Shown in pieces: positions 62,386 through 64,000 of a DNA stretch of 64,000 bases (its first letter is position 1; every line of letters starts with the position of its first letter). Location of the stretch: the NCBI GenBank assembly GCA_964016885.1, contig OZ024742.1, positions 175,088,001-175,152,000 of the forward strand, given 5' to 3'. The notes beneath the pieces are model-generated. The model searched no databases. It had not been told where the DNA came from and saw nothing but the letters and a program-made list of their open reading frames with translations. The stretch comes from Eledone cirrhosa (Eukaryota). A program made the position numbers and the translations under genes.

Positions 62386-63953
62386 ACAGGGAGAAAGAAA
62401 CGATTATGAGGAAGAACAATTTTTTTTTTCCTTTTTTTTTGGCTCTATCTCTCTTTTTTCTGGGTTAGAAGATGATTAAAACGAAATCGTTTACTTTGTG
62501 TGAAGTGTTAAGTTATTAGTTGATTTATTTATTATTTAACAATGACATTTATTTATCTATTTATATATTTAATTATTGTCTATTACCGGTTTCTGCATTT
62601 ATATGCATTATCAAATGATAGTGAAATGTATTAGTGTGGTGTCGCACATGTTAAACAGAAGGTGCAGAAAGAATAATGTTATATACAAACAAGGTTTAAG
62701 AAGTGAAAAGAAAAAGGAAAAAAAAACGTGCATAATGTGGAACGTAAAAAGTCAATGTGGAAGAAAAGTTAATGTTATTTACAACCACAGTCATTGAAGT
62801 TAAACAGTTCAAAATGGGTTAATATCGCAAGAGTGCTTAGTTGAACCATGGTTCCGTAATGGAGGCAAATGGTGGACTGTGGTTTCATATGATTTCCCTT
62901 TTTAGAGTGTTAATATGCAGGGGGAAGCAATTCTTGCTGGGTGATATTTAATTTATATAAGAAAAAGGATTAGGTAGGGTTTGAGGGAGGTAACTCTTGT
63001 AAATGTTTGATGGTTTGATTTACTCTTGTAAATGTTTTAGGGCATTGAGTACTGGTTGAAATTTATTAATGAAATGTGTTTCCTTATTGGTGCGTTGGAT
63101 GAAAGTAGCGTTGTCTATGAATTTGTAAATGGGGAAATTTAAACGTTTGGAAGTTGGTTGAGAGCACAATTGGCAATCTTTCTGTATTCCTGTATTTTAA
63201 TTTATGATTTATGGACGGTCATACGTTGACGGAGGCTGTTTTTGTCTGTCCTATATAGTGCTCTTGACAACCTGAGCAAGTCAAAACATAGATAAGGTTT
63301 TCAGATGCACATGTAAAGTTGTGTTTAACTGTGAAACGATGTCCTTGTTTAAAATGGAATGTTGAACCTTCTATTAGATTTATGCATATACCACAGTTGG
63401 GTGTTCCGAATGTTGTTACTGTAGGGTTTATTGTGAGAGTTTGTTGGATTTTGGCTTGTGTGAGGATCTTTTTTATGGATTTGGGTTGTCTTTTGCTCTT
63501 TATGATGCAACTAAGCACTCTTGCGATATTAACACATTTTGAACTGCTTAACTTCAATGAATGTGCTTGTAATTAACATTAACTTTTCTTCCACATTGAT
63601 TTTTTACGTTCCACATTATGCAATTTTTTTTTCCTTTTTCTTTTTTTCTTTTCACTTCTTAAACCTTGTTTGTATATAACATTATTCTTTCTGCACCTTC
63701 TGTTTAACATGTGCGACACCACACTAATACATTTCACTATCATTTGATAATGCATATAAATGCTGAAACCGGTAATAGACAATAATTAAATATATAAATA
63801 GATAAATAAATGCCATTGTTAAATAATAAATAAATCAAATAATACCTTAACACTTCACACAAAGTAAAACATTTCGTTTTAATCATTTTCTAACCCAGAA
63901 AAAAGAGAGAGAGATTTTTCTTCCTCATAATCGTCTCTTTCTCCCAGTTTTCA
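62382..63953 (-). mobile_element. Neptune-like PLE, 5'-truncated, with ~445-bp inverted 3' copy
   Basis: PNCGICINLIEGSTF...FTCASENLIYVLTCSGCQEHYIGQT (CxxC linker; CxxC between IY and YIG). 63508-63953 is the reverse complement of 62382-62843. Confidence 0.85.
62578..62622 (-). ncRNA. Putative hammerhead with U3:A8 core (UUGAUAA)
   Basis: ctatcat-TTGATAA-tgcat ataa atgca-GAAA-ccgg-TA-atagac; stem I weak. Mirror copy at 63737-63780(+). Confidence 0.5.
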
Positions 63954-64000
63954 TATATATATATATATATATTGTTATACTTTGGGAGGGTCATGTTGAC

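Overview
AT-rich, microsatellite-dense eukaryotic DNA. The SINE/LINE content looks like cephalopod (Octopus-like) sequence; this is an inference. No intact protein-coding gene is evident, and nearly all listed ORFs are microsatellite artefacts or transposon remnants. The window is a mosaic of RTE LINEs and an RTE-tailed tRNA-SINE, a second tRNA-SINE family, Tx1/L1 and R4-like fragments, a DD41D Tc1/mariner element, several MITEs, a 48-bp minisatellite and a ~7.4-kb GT-rich satellite. The main hidden structure is a dense set of Penelope-like element (PLE) remnants. Most are head-to-head fold-backs in (AT)n tracts, and together they carry about ten type I minimal hammerhead ribozymes (HHRs) from at least seven unrelated families. 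Several HHRs have non-canonical cores (CAGAAGA in 3 copies, UUGAUAA with a U3:A8 covariation in 2 copies, CCGACGA) or very long stem II inserts. A chain of splice-site-bounded, mostly phase-1 segments with few stops on the minus strand suggests a decayed multi-exon pseudogene. All structures and translations were read by eye; none is computationally or experimentally verified.
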